From positions 1 through 64,000 of IMG/VR virus record IMGVR_UViG_3300032047_000006: a stretch of DNA of 64,000 nt. One strand, given 5' to 3'. Under the pieces are notes generated by a model. The model had not been told where the DNA came from. It ran no database searches and saw nothing but the letters and a program-made list of their open reading frames with translations. A program made the translations under genes and the position numbers. This document shows, piece after piece, positions 46,201-55,779 of the stretch. Positions within the stretch are counted from its first letter, which is position 1, and the number at the start of each line of letters is the position of its first letter. The DNA comes from a virus.

Positions 46201-49200
46201 TGTCCTATCGAGCCAAACCTGGCATCATGTTGCCCTGACATATGATGCATCAAAGAATTCATCAGGATTATCTTTTTATGTGGACGGAGTAGAAATAGTT
46301 GCAACGAATACAAACCTAAATTCAGGCGTATACACAGGAATGTCAAGCACTTCGCATCCTCTTATCATCGGCAAGACAGTAAATGATCCTCCCACCGCAG
46401 GGCAAGCGTTCGAAGATAAGATGGCAGATGTGTGCATTTTTAGCAAAGAGCTTTCTTCGGAAGAGGTAGTTGAATTATATAATTCTGGCTCGGTTAAAAA
46501 CATGGAAGATCACTCTGCTTATGCAGATATAATCTCCTGGTGGAAGATGGGAGATGATCAGGACACTACTGGTGCCGACGGAATAAAGGATTACGTCGGA
46601 ACTCACCATGGCACGCTCACAAATGGGGCAACTATCGTAGATGAGGTTAATCTTCCTACGGATAATTTAGTATCTGGCAGATTTGGATGGTTCACGGGAC
46701 TCATTTCAAAGCAAGTGTCCGGGCTCGCTCAATCTTTTAACTCTAACGATAATCAAATAATAAATAAGGAATACATATATTCTGCAAAACACAGGACACC
46801 TGAGGTAATAAATTCAGAGGATCTTGTACATATAAAGAGAGACGATGAGGAGCCTTTTACTAGAGATACACGCCCTGTGAGGCACTTCTTTTCAGCTGAA
46901 AAGGGAATGTATCAGATTATCAACGACGACATCATTAATTTATTTGCGACAGTGAAGGAGTTCAATAACCTTATAGGGCAACCTGTGAATAGGTACAGAA
47001 TGTCCTATAAATCACTCAGAAATTTCAATCAAAAGTATTTTGAAAAGGTAAAGAATGTTCCAAGTTTGGAGAAGTATGTAGAATACTATAAATGGATTGA
47101 CTCGTCTATTGGATTGATGCTTCGAGATTTAATTCCCATATCCAGTAACTTCTCATCATCTCTGAGAACAATGGTTGAGTCACACGTACTGGAGAGAAAT
47201 AAATATTGGACTAAATTTCCAACATTGGAAATGTCTGGAACGCCACCCGAGGGGCAAATAAGAGGCATTAATGAATTAACATACAATTGGAACCTTGGGC
47301 ACGCACCATTGCCAGGACAACCAGAATCCGAGTCGTGTGTTTGGATAGATCAGAGAGTTGAGAGAACGGACGCAATTGTAGCTCATTCTGGTGTCAACGG
47401 ACTGACTAGCGTCATTGACACAACGAGAGAAATGATCAGGGGCGTTCAAGCTAGGGTTACGAAGGGATTAGCGAGAGTCGTCGAGCGAAACGGAATTAAT
47501 GTTGAAGAAACATTGCCAATTCTTCGGGACAACGCAGGTGCGGTATATGAGGGCAACACCCATACCACACAGGCACTCTCAAAGCCTTATAAGTTTGTAG
47601 TTGAAAGCGTAGCAACTATTCACGCAGGCGCAAATTCCACGACTACTGGTGATCCAATCGCATTCATTCGATCGGCAACTAAAATAACAACTGGGACTTC
47701 TGGAATTATCCTAACCTCCAATGCCGCAACGCCAACATGTCCATCAGATAGCATTTTGCAAAAAGATAAAAGAAGTCAGGTTATTACAATAACTGATTCC
47801 GAGGCAGGCACGTCCTCATCGATGACTGGACTCCGTGGAATTTATCCTCATTACAGTTCATCCGCAGGTTCTGAGCTTACCAATATTCACGGCGATACAT
47901 ACGGCGATGACGCAGAGATACCGATGCAGGGTATGTTTACAGAGACGCACGTCGGCGGAAACCAGCACAGACACACACATTTTACAGAGCAAACTCCATC
48001 GGACAGACCAGAATTTTATTTGAATGATGCAGGCACACTCAGACACCCACAAGAGGTTAATTCTGATTACCCAGCAGCCCGATATACAAGAGACGAGGTA
48101 GCCAAGCGCCCTGTAAATATTAGAAACATCAAGAGCACTACCATTAATAATACCCCTCTGGGCAATTACCAAAGAAATTACGAAGTAGTACAAACATCAG
48201 GCAGAACCCAGAATAACAGATTCTTTGTAAAGAACGAAGGAGTCTCCCAAAATTCAGTAAATTCTGCTTTTATTTCTGGCACCGCCGATTTTACTCTCCC
48301 TGATAGAACACAGACATCTAGCGGAGCCTCTATCGGAAGGACAGAACATGTCTTTGTAGAAAGGTTTTCAGCACCAGGAGATCCGCTCACGTTGTCTCGT
48401 GGTTATCTTGATCCATTCGCAGAAGAATACAGTGTGTATAATTCAATGAACTTTCGAAATTTAGATGAGAGGTTGGAACATCACAAGAGACTTTACACCC
48501 ACAGCGGGCTTTATAACGGATCTCAGGGATATGAAGATACTACAAACGGAGTCCCTTCAATTCACAAGATAAATAGAAACAGTTATTATCACCCAAGACT
48601 TACGCATAATAGTGAATCTGGAAGCTACTTTTGCGAATTTGATCACGATAATGCATATATATCACATCAGATTCCAAGATCTGATATGCAGTACGCATTC
48701 GCCCACGGATCCGTCGATAAGACGGCTTATGAGGGCACTGAGGTTTTAAATTGTGATGGTGTAACGACACCGGCAAGATTTAGCGGTTATTACGACGATG
48801 TGGTTGTTATGAAGGGTGATGAGTTGCACGATGCGCCATACTCAGACTATCAAGCAGCAGGCTGGAGATTCATAAGAAATGGAGAAAAGGCAGAAGTAGC
48901 TAGAACCAGAAGACAAAACACAATATCGGTATTGGACAGAGCCCCTGCCACTGTATTCAGGGCGCACACCACATCAAGTCATATTGAGCCAGCCGTTGTG
49001 TGGCATAAGCCACTGAGACATGACGTAACTACTTCTGGAGAAGTTATAGCTCAAATAGATGAAGATAATTTTAGAAATACAGATTCTAGGTTGAATGATC
49101 GTCAACTTCGTTTTGCTTTTGCCCTGGGCAACAAGAGAATAACGCACACATATTCTAACAACCTAGAGATATTCTCAAATCCGAATCTTATGAGCAAATT

Positions 49201-52200
49201 AGACTTGAAGAAGAGTCAAGTACAGTATCTAGACGAGATACTTGAAGAGATCCGTCGTGGGGACACCTTATATCAAAAAATCACAATGACTGAGTTAATA
49301 TATCCAAAAAGACGCAACGTCGGACTTGCTAAAACACGGGATCGAAAAATGTTCGACTCCTATAAAGTGTTTTGGAGAGACAAATTTTTTGATAGAGTAA
49401 AAAAGAAGAATATTGATACCACCAAGCTTGGATTTAAAATATCAGACGATTTTAGAAAAATGTTCCAGCAACAATACTCTGTTGATTCGATGGACAACTT
49501 CTTTTATAAACAGGAACAAGGTGGCACAGAGACAACATTTCAAACGATAGGAGATTTACAGTCTGTCGGAGAGCAGCGTCACCGATATATGATAACCCGC
49601 TCAGACGTAGCACCATTAAATTCCTATGCTGGAAGTAGGACAGGATTGGAGGGCTTTAGCACTGTATCTGGTGCAGCCAACCCTCCTTTATACCCGTCTG
49701 AAGTAGTACAGAATAAAGCCCCTATACCATCGATACAATTATATTATAGTTCACACTCTTTTGCTAAAAAACAGAGCCAAGGGTGGTTAAATAGAAAGCC
49801 AAAATTGTCTCAAGCTCCGACGTATGACAATTATTATGATTTTTCAGAAGACAACAAGCTCGCCGGACAAAACTATGGAATTGTTTCGGAGTTTCGAGCA
49901 AGCGAGCACATGGATAAGTATATCTTCGAGAACGGCGGCGACTTCACTGTAAAGAATTATAATTTTCTCACTCTTGACGGCGCATCTCACGACGGAACTA
50001 CTCATACTAGGACAAGTGGGTTGTCGGACACCGAAACAGCCGTTTTTTATTCGATCTCACCGAATAATAAGTCCCTTGAAGTTACGTCATATCCGACGAG
50101 CACCTCTGATAATTCAATAAGTGCAAATAGGGTTGTGAATAACTCTCCAGCTTTTTCAGAGTTTAATAAAATATTTACGCCATCTACAGTCCAGGTGCCG
50201 AGCACTTTTGATATATCTAATAGTATAAACACGGAAATAGAAATAATTCAAGATCCTTCGGCAATAATACCAGTATCTCCGATGATCACGGGTAAATCTG
50301 CCGCAGGCATTTTCAACAGAGTCAATACTGACAACGACTTCTTGGTGATTGAAGTTGATAATTTCTCTTCATCTGCTGAAGCACCCATAGCAGATGACAC
50401 AGAGATAAAACTAATCTCCTCTGCCGATACCGATTCTGACGGACTACCGAATGGATATGTCTCTGATCCCTTTACAATGTCGATATGGGCACAACCAGAG
50501 GCATCAAACCAAGTAGGAGACTTCGATGGAATATTCTCAATGGGACGAAAGCTTGGCAACGGCTCGGTAAGCGAGAGCATAAACCTTCTTTCAAGATATA
50601 CTCTTGCAAACGCCCAAAGTGGCTATGGTAATCTCGGACTTACTTTTGTTGCTTCCACTTCGAATACGGATGGATTTACTACATTCGAATCTGCCCCAGG
50701 CGAAGCAGATGAAGTGGGAAATACATGTGCATATACATTTTTTAAGGCAGATGGATCACCAGCAACCTTAATAGATGAGCAATTTAATCATGTCGTCCTA
50801 CAGATTATACCACCAGCACTCCGTGTTGCAACAACTCAGCATCTTATAAGAATTTGGCTTAATGGGGAACAATTATATGGGGTGCCCGTGTTGGAGCTAT
50901 TAAGCTCAAGATGGGCGACTCGCCAGGGTCCCGCAATTCAAAAGGAACTTAATGCTTATAATCCTTGCCCTATTGGCAGGAATACAGCCAGTAGCGGCGA
51001 TGAGCATCCATGGCTGTTGGACTATGATCACCATACTAATGGCGATTCGGGCATTTATGGCATCACTTTCATCAATCGTGTAATCCTTGGTAATGCAAAC
51101 TTTCATGACTCGATCGATGCTGTAGACAACTTCCCCACCCCAGGAACTTTTGATAAGAAGTTTCACGGACTTTTGGACGAGTTTAATATTTTCAGAGGTA
51201 TTTTAAATAGAGAATCGATTAAGCAGTTATATGGAGAAGGGAAACCGTCTAATACAGCAGAACAAGTATCTGAGTTTTCAGGAAACACTCTCGTTAATTC
51301 AGTAGATACTGGCGAATTTTCGTTTCTTCCTCCGTTGGTGAAGCACGACTATACAAATACGCCCCACCATGATCCTAATGATAATCTTGCGGCTACGATT
51401 CAGAATAGATTTCTTGATTATTATAATACAAATACAGACGATCAAAACGGTCCAAAAATAGTAAAGTATACCTCTGGCTTCGGTTTAATCATATCCCAAA
51501 TCGGGCTCGTGGGAACCAAGACGCCTCATAATAGTGTGGTAGATCCCCCTGGTTCAGCGGGAAATTATTATCGATGGGTTGAGTTGGAAGAATCATTTGA
51601 AGAAGACATTAGCGTTGCATATAGTATATATGCAGGCGATGCCGCATCGCCCTGGGCAGATCTCAGTGACACACCAGCCAACAGTGAAGTTTTAAGGCTT
51701 CAATATAAGTTGGACGACGGTAATTGGACGACATCGTCGACTTATTCTGTACAAGACATTTCCAACCCGATAAACACACAAGTCGCAAAAATATCTGATA
51801 TTTCAGTAGGACAGACACCGGACAACAAGGTGAAGTTGAGATGGATTTCAGAGTCATCTAATGTCGTAGGCGATTCACACTGGGGGATAGATAACGTAAG
51901 AATTCAATCTATCTCTGAAGGAGTTATTGTCTTGGACAGTACCCCAACTTTCGCCCCTATAATAGAGGGAACTTTATTTAAAGAGAATTGGACAGTAGCA
52001 ATGCAACAGTCCCATTCAGACGAAGCCTCGCTACCAGTCTGGCATCGAATTGGCATTCCAAGCTATGATAATATAGAAGGCAAATGTGAATCATGGGACG
52101 ACGAATTTTTTAATTCCTATGTTCACACAAATCATATTCCTTTTATTGAAGAGGTTACTCATAAACAATCTTCATTAGGAGTTTGTAATACAACTCAGCG

Positions 52201-54754
52201 TGTGAGACTCCGTGTGAATGCTAAAAAGAAACTGCTTCCATACGAGGGGTTTTACCCGCAAGACAGAACAGTTCAAATAGCAGAACTTTTTGTTAAAAAG
52301 ATAAAAGATGAAACACCAGGCGAGGAAAAGGCAAATAAAAATCAGTCAATTCAGGCGATAATGCAGCACTTTTTCGCACCAGGGATCCTTTATAATTCAT
52401 TAAAGGCGGGCATTGCTTGCGACTGGGCATCTTTTACTAACGAATCGGGACTGGAGCCGTCCTATTATGGAGACACTATTCAGGCAACTAGCAGTAGTGC
52501 AGAGGTAGAGTTATATTTAGACTCTCCAGCACCATATTGGTATCAGGCTAATATGAGCGAGACTACTATGAACCCTCTCTCTTCGATTCAGATTCCGGCT
52601 CAAACAGCTCCATCTAGAGTATCAACAAGCCCGATACACAACAACAATACTAGCAGTTTGAATAATCTTCTAGGTGCCTCCGCAGTGGATCCTTTGTTTG
52701 CTAGTCCACTTGCTAAACACAAATATGTGTATAATTTCATGATAGCTCAGAATCCCACAAAAAGGTTACCATTTGAGGCAATACTAGATCCAGTAAATTA
52801 TCTAAAGTCTACGACTTCTGAAGAAACTCATTCCATCGGAGCTTATAGCGTAGCGAAAAAGCCAGATCAATATTTTCTCATGACACCTGAGTATTACTCG
52901 TTGTCCGGCTCTTTCAGTATTGATATAGTGAATAATCCTGGTACGGCAGCTTGGCAACAAAATGGTTTAACCAACTATGATAAGTACGTTTACCCTTCTT
53001 TTGACGCAAGCCAAATGACAACTGCTGATTCGAGATATGAAATGGCAATACATAATTTTATGGCAGAGATACCGAGATTTTTCCTAAAGAATAAAACTTT
53101 AAATACTTTTACTTCTGATGAAGAAAAAAACTTTAAGAATATGTCATCTGGAACCACATACTATATGGATGTCGTTGTGGGGAAGACAAAGCAGGGATTC
53201 TCACCAGTCTATAGTCCGTCAGACTCAGGTGCATCTTATTTCGGACCGGCAACCAAGTGGAAGGAAGACTTAGATGGTATATCCGATCTTACTGCGGATC
53301 CCGCTTATGCGCCATATGTCCCTCCTTATTTCTACGGCTCATCGGTAGCGAGAATAAAATTTGTACCACCATTATCAGGAAGCAATAAGTACACTTTGCA
53401 GGATATACTTGATAATTCGACAGTGGAGACGGCTTCTGAAGCTAAGACAACTTTTCAGAGAGAGGCGGGAAATACAGCATTCGAAAATTCACCTTCGTGG
53501 GAATCTATGATGCCGGTTTCATCTAGCATTAATTTATTCTCTACTACAAACAAGAGGCAAGTGGCATTCGCAGCTAACTCAGGCGTCCCACTCACAGTTA
53601 CGGATTCAACAACCTCCGATAGTTCAGTCTGGGCAATATACCCAAGGTTCGAGTGTCCAATTTTGAACTTCTTGTCAGAGGAGAATACCTCAACGAATTC
53701 GAACCTTGAAATATTAAATTTCGACAATACTTTACAGGAAACTACAACCGCCTCAGGTTTTAGCTATTCGGCGTCTTATTTGGATACGACAAATGATGCT
53801 CGCTGGACTAGCGATTACCGTACAGGAGCAGGCTTATGGGCAGGCATCGGAGAGCAACGCCAGGGCGTAGGAGCATTTCTGACAATAAAGGAAAGTTTTG
53901 CAGAAGGTACGGAGAATATAGGTTCTCTAATAGATGTCTGCGGCTTCCAGCCTGAAACAAGACAATTGGGCGTGATTGCTGATGAACGAGAAATAAAAGA
54001 AGCGGTAGTTATGATTCCGTTCTTAGATAAGGCTTTAATTGAAAATAGATCATCAACCTCTGAGAGTGTACCAACAACACCAGCCTCAGAAGTTCCTGTT
54101 ACTATAAAAGTTGACGATAGACATTTTATTAGGGTAGATAGAGCGGAGTATGATGAACAAAAGAGAAGACTTGATGCAGGAATTGATATTGAAAATCCAG
54201 CATACGAACTAAAAGATATTCCAGGCAAGTTAGATCAGAAGTTCATGTCTTCTTCAATTACAAAGATGATAACAGGTATGAGGGAATATAATCTACCCCC
54301 TCGATATGATTTTGAGATGTATGAGCAGGCTCCATTCGCAATGTATTTCTTTGAGTTTACTCACACTCTGGATAAGGAAGATTTACAGAATATTTGGCAG
54401 GGCATGCCTCCCAAGATAGCTAAGAGGATGACACATGATTTCGTCGAGGTTGAGCATGACATTAACGAGCACGAATTATTCGGACACTTGAACGAGGTTC
54501 CAAAAGATATTAGATGGATGGTTTTTAAGGTGAAGAAGAAGGCGGCACAAAATTATTATGAGTTGACTGCCGACTCTACCGACGATACAAAATTTAAATT
54601 CAACTTCGACGTGGGAGAAAAGCCCCCTGAGTATAGTTATAACTATCCATACGATTTTTTCACAATGTTAGAGAGAATACAAGTTGAAGCAAAGCCTGAA
54701 GTAGTTGGAGATCCTGTCCAACAATTCAAGAAAAAGTACAGGGACGATAGATAA
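43229..54754 (+). CDS. Giant baseplate/tail-appendage protein with multiple LamG (concanavalin A-like) domains
   Basis: ~3840 aa; 'TIEFW..WNHIAIS..YIDEFRFW', 'SISAWV..WHHVALTYD..MADVCIF', 'TMSIW..GLLDEFNIF'; gp7-like 'IYKSKGTEKAFRNLIRCFG'. Confidence 0.8.
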   Translation: MSTKDLFNKNNKILTKSEANKVKKDIESFELVNDISEARTSLRPRVDYSKPENFAKYGSAKKYYEDSFQRIHRTFPYDGSNSEIQKWLNTSTGLDLWIYENIYPRSTGHIKLLNNQSVTAQGGPNKQPGITEGEQHELSKQFPSKQGNSNIWDTSVYRNSNLYMAPAIGNTIEFWAKVDASVNSPFTVFNLISENQVSSLISMTYDPSTGNVTYKYKDDADNGFSSNSVSIPGLISTSWNHIAISFQSVSDKVNVEIYKNGLRIHDVSVGDAMTTVSQSELFLNINGTSNSNNSANGLYIDEFRFWKLRRTEEQIARHWFTNVYGGTNTDDNKYSTETRNVDIGVYYKFNEGIVSDATIDATVLDYSGRISNGTIVNYTETVRSTLSAIDESSHTTESEEKDPIIYPSHPSYISSLDRYSNAGNNYDISNNASVFHTMPAWIIEEDDERGSLKELTQVISSYFDNTHLQIQELTELKKPEYYSATSPEDRASYLVKTGIESSGLTIPDLFTEATALEDILSRNEKSLFEEKLHDIKNTIYQNIYNNLSYIYKSKGTEKAFRNLIRCFGIDDELVRVNLYSDNTDYLLEDTRRVGSTKKNFLDFNSSTRDQAFVETTQDSLNQSSTVSYIKGARTNWKNLSATFETELMFPGYMGTTHPEYAPPTNTVENIASIGVYSSGYTSTELWNLTAIKEDNNPYSKNLKFRLEMEGQTLDTPYFKDVYGNSKWNVAVRVKPKSSLPLGTQASSLEYGIELYCLRTTADTIEEEILVSATVTTSGSYLSSDKYLRLGKVVADTSKSLKVSSTLFWYDYLSNDEIKAHASDSSNYGRLNPTERVYSHLTTLEGIPLTRMDTLALHWDFNNITTSDGSGQALVQDLSEGIPSTSLPLNSKAIQFDGDITAGQTDHVLVSDSDDFSFTSGAGTDTQFSISAWVYVDDIATDNGPFVSKALVQGAGVDITEYIFKHVNGKLRTFLYNPDGTGKRITLDCNSAVLSSQTWHHVALTYDASKNSSGLSFYVDGVEIVATNTNLNSGVYTGMSSTSHPLIIGKTVNDPPTAGQAFEDKMADVCIFSKELSSEEVVELYNSGSVKNMEDHSAYADIISWWKMGDDQDTTGADGIKDYVGTHHGTLTNGATIVDEVNLPTDNLVSGRFGWFTGLISKQVSGLAQSFNSNDNQIINKEYIYSAKHRTPEVINSEDLVHIKRDDEEPFTRDTRPVRHFFSAEKGMYQIINDDIINLFATVKEFNNLIGQPVNRYRMSYKSLRNFNQKYFEKVKNVPSLEKYVEYYKWIDSSIGLMLRDLIPISSNFSSSLRTMVESHVLERNKYWTKFPTLEMSGTPPEGQIRGINELTYNWNLGHAPLPGQPESESCVWIDQRVERTDAIVAHSGVNGLTSVIDTTREMIRGVQARVTKGLARVVERNGINVEETLPILRDNAGAVYEGNTHTTQALSKPYKFVVESVATIHAGANSTTTGDPIAFIRSATKITTGTSGIILTSNAATPTCPSDSILQKDKRSQVITITDSEAGTSSSMTGLRGIYPHYSSSAGSELTNIHGDTYGDDAEIPMQGMFTETHVGGNQHRHTHFTEQTPSDRPEFYLNDAGTLRHPQEVNSDYPAARYTRDEVAKRPVNIRNIKSTTINNTPLGNYQRNYEVVQTSGRTQNNRFFVKNEGVSQNSVNSAFISGTADFTLPDRTQTSSGASIGRTEHVFVERFSAPGDPLTLSRGYLDPFAEEYSVYNSMNFRNLDERLEHHKRLYTHSGLYNGSQGYEDTTNGVPSIHKINRNSYYHPRLTHNSESGSYFCEFDHDNAYISHQIPRSDMQYAFAHGSVDKTAYEGTEVLNCDGVTTPARFSGYYDDVVVMKGDELHDAPYSDYQAAGWRFIRNGEKAEVARTRRQNTISVLDRAPATVFRAHTTSSHIEPAVVWHKPLRHDVTTSGEVIAQIDEDNFRNTDSRLNDRQLRFAFALGNKRITHTYSNNLEIFSNPNLMSKLDLKKSQVQYLDEILEEIRRGDTLYQKITMTELIYPKRRNVGLAKTRDRKMFDSYKVFWRDKFFDRVKKKNIDTTKLGFKISDDFRKMFQQQYSVDSMDNFFYKQEQGGTETTFQTIGDLQSVGEQRHRYMITRSDVAPLNSYAGSRTGLEGFSTVSGAANPPLYPSEVVQNKAPIPSIQLYYSSHSFAKKQSQGWLNRKPKLSQAPTYDNYYDFSEDNKLAGQNYGIVSEFRASEHMDKYIFENGGDFTVKNYNFLTLDGASHDGTTHTRTSGLSDTETAVFYSISPNNKSLEVTSYPTSTSDNSISANRVVNNSPAFSEFNKIFTPSTVQVPSTFDISNSINTEIEIIQDPSAIIPVSPMITGKSAAGIFNRVNTDNDFLVIEVDNFSSSAEAPIADDTEIKLISSADTDSDGLPNGYVSDPFTMSIWAQPEASNQVGDFDGIFSMGRKLGNGSVSESINLLSRYTLANAQSGYGNLGLTFVASTSNTDGFTTFESAPGEADEVGNTCAYTFFKADGSPATLIDEQFNHVVLQIIPPALRVATTQHLIRIWLNGEQLYGVPVLELLSSRWATRQGPAIQKELNAYNPCPIGRNTASSGDEHPWLLDYDHHTNGDSGIYGITFINRVILGNANFHDSIDAVDNFPTPGTFDKKFHGLLDEFNIFRGILNRESIKQLYGEGKPSNTAEQVSEFSGNTLVNSVDTGEFSFLPPLVKHDYTNTPHHDPNDNLAATIQNRFLDYYNTNTDDQNGPKIVKYTSGFGLIISQIGLVGTKTPHNSVVDPPGSAGNYYRWVELEESFEEDISVAYSIYAGDAASPWADLSDTPANSEVLRLQYKLDDGNWTTSSTYSVQDISNPINTQVAKISDISVGQTPDNKVKLRWISESSNVVGDSHWGIDNVRIQSISEGVIVLDSTPTFAPIIEGTLFKENWTVAMQQSHSDEASLPVWHRIGIPSYDNIEGKCESWDDEFFNSYVHTNHIPFIEEVTHKQSSLGVCNTTQRVRLRVNAKKKLLPYEGFYPQDRTVQIAELFVKKIKDETPGEEKANKNQSIQAIMQHFFAPGILYNSLKAGIACDWASFTNESGLEPSYYGDTIQATSSSAEVELYLDSPAPYWYQANMSETTMNPLSSIQIPAQTAPSRVSTSPIHNNNTSSLNNLLGASAVDPLFASPLAKHKYVYNFMIAQNPTKRLPFEAILDPVNYLKSTTSEETHSIGAYSVAKKPDQYFLMTPEYYSLSGSFSIDIVNNPGTAAWQQNGLTNYDKYVYPSFDASQMTTADSRYEMAIHNFMAEIPRFFLKNKTLNTFTSDEEKNFKNMSSGTTYYMDVVVGKTKQGFSPVYSPSDSGASYFGPATKWKEDLDGISDLTADPAYAPYVPPYFYGSSVARIKFVPPLSGSNKYTLQDILDNSTVETASEAKTTFQREAGNTAFENSPSWESMMPVSSSINLFSTTNKRQVAFAANSGVPLTVTDSTTSDSSVWAIYPRFECPILNFLSEENTSTNSNLEILNFDNTLQETTTASGFSYSASYLDTTNDARWTSDYRTGAGLWAGIGEQRQGVGAFLTIKESFAEGTENIGSLIDVCGFQPETRQLGVIADEREIKEAVVMIPFLDKALIENRSSTSESVPTTPASEVPVTIKVDDRHFIRVDRAEYDEQKRRLDAGIDIENPAYELKDIPGKLDQKFMSSSITKMITGMREYNLPPRYDFEMYEQAPFAMYFFEFTHTLDKEDLQNIWQGMPPKIAKRMTHDFVEVEHDINEHELFGHLNEVPKDIRWMVFKVKKKAAQNYYELTADSTDDTKFKFNFDVGEKPPEYSYNYPYDFFTMLERIQVEAKPEVVGDPVQQFKKKYRDDR

Positions 54755-54756
54755 TT

Positions 54757-55779
54757 ATGTCATTTAAAGATAAGAAAGAAGAAGTATTAGAGATAGAGAT
54801 GACATCCTTTGGAAAGAGTCTACTCTCAAAGGGCAAGTTCAAGCCTGCGTTTTATGCATTCTTCGATGACGATATTATGTATGATATAGAATATTCGGCA
54901 GATACCGAGAGTCAAAACGAAACACAGGGCAGAATATTAGAGAAAACTCCGTCACTTGCAGTTCAAACATCTTTTCACAGTATTGAAGACGAGGTAGCAG
55001 AGCAGGTTGAGTTAGCTCGAAAAAACGGAACGAAAACTATGTCTCAAAACACGGCAGAACGAGAATATGCTCTCCCTATGCCATTGGGAAAATCTCAAGT
55101 TTCCTCAAATAGTGTGCCATCGTGGGACATAACGTCATATGGGGTGAATTTTTCAAGTAAAGAGAGGGTTCTTCAAGGTGCTCATCCAAATTTGAAGATA
55201 CCACAATTGGATATAGAAGATATAAAATATTATACATCAATTATACAAGAAGACGAAATAAGAGTGGAGTCTGAAACTGGATATAAACCAGGCGACGCCC
55301 ACGCTGGACACGCATTCCCTGCTAGTGGATTTAATGAAATATTTGACGACGGCAGGGCAATTCAAATCGACGAGAACTATCTTATTTTGGAGATAGACGA
55401 GTTAAATACCGAACCCTTGAGAGAAAATTACGACATAGAAGTGTTCATCGTGGAAGAAGACGATTCTGTGGAAAAATTAATTCCCCTCTCCTTCAAGAAA
55501 GAGCATAGCAATATTGTTAACGGAATATACACAGAAGATCAAAGCCCTCAAGATTCTGAATATAAAGAGTTGGACGAAACCTGCGCCGAATATTACTTTA
55601 ATGTGTATGTGGACGAAGAAATAAATAAAGACTTGCTGTGTAAGCTTGGATATAGAACAGATTTTAGCAAGAGAGGTGCAATCCGTGTCACCTGCTCGGA
55701 CGAGAAAGATGCATCTCAAATGGATAGAGTTTACGATCCATTTGGAGAGCCCACAGGACCGTATGGAGATGAATGCTAA
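54757..55779 (+). CDS. Virion structural protein, paralog of 61975..62946
   Basis: N-terminal 'MTSFGKSLLSKGKFKPAFYAFFDDDIMYD'. Confidence 0.65.
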   Translation: MSFKDKKEEVLEIEMTSFGKSLLSKGKFKPAFYAFFDDDIMYDIEYSADTESQNETQGRILEKTPSLAVQTSFHSIEDEVAEQVELARKNGTKTMSQNTAEREYALPMPLGKSQVSSNSVPSWDITSYGVNFSSKERVLQGAHPNLKIPQLDIEDIKYYTSIIQEDEIRVESETGYKPGDAHAGHAFPASGFNEIFDDGRAIQIDENYLILEIDELNTEPLRENYDIEVFIVEEDDSVEKLIPLSFKKEHSNIVNGIYTEDQSPQDSEYKELDETCAEYYFNVYVDEEINKDLLCKLGYRTDFSKRGAIRVTCSDEKDASQMDRVYDPFGEPTGPYGDEC

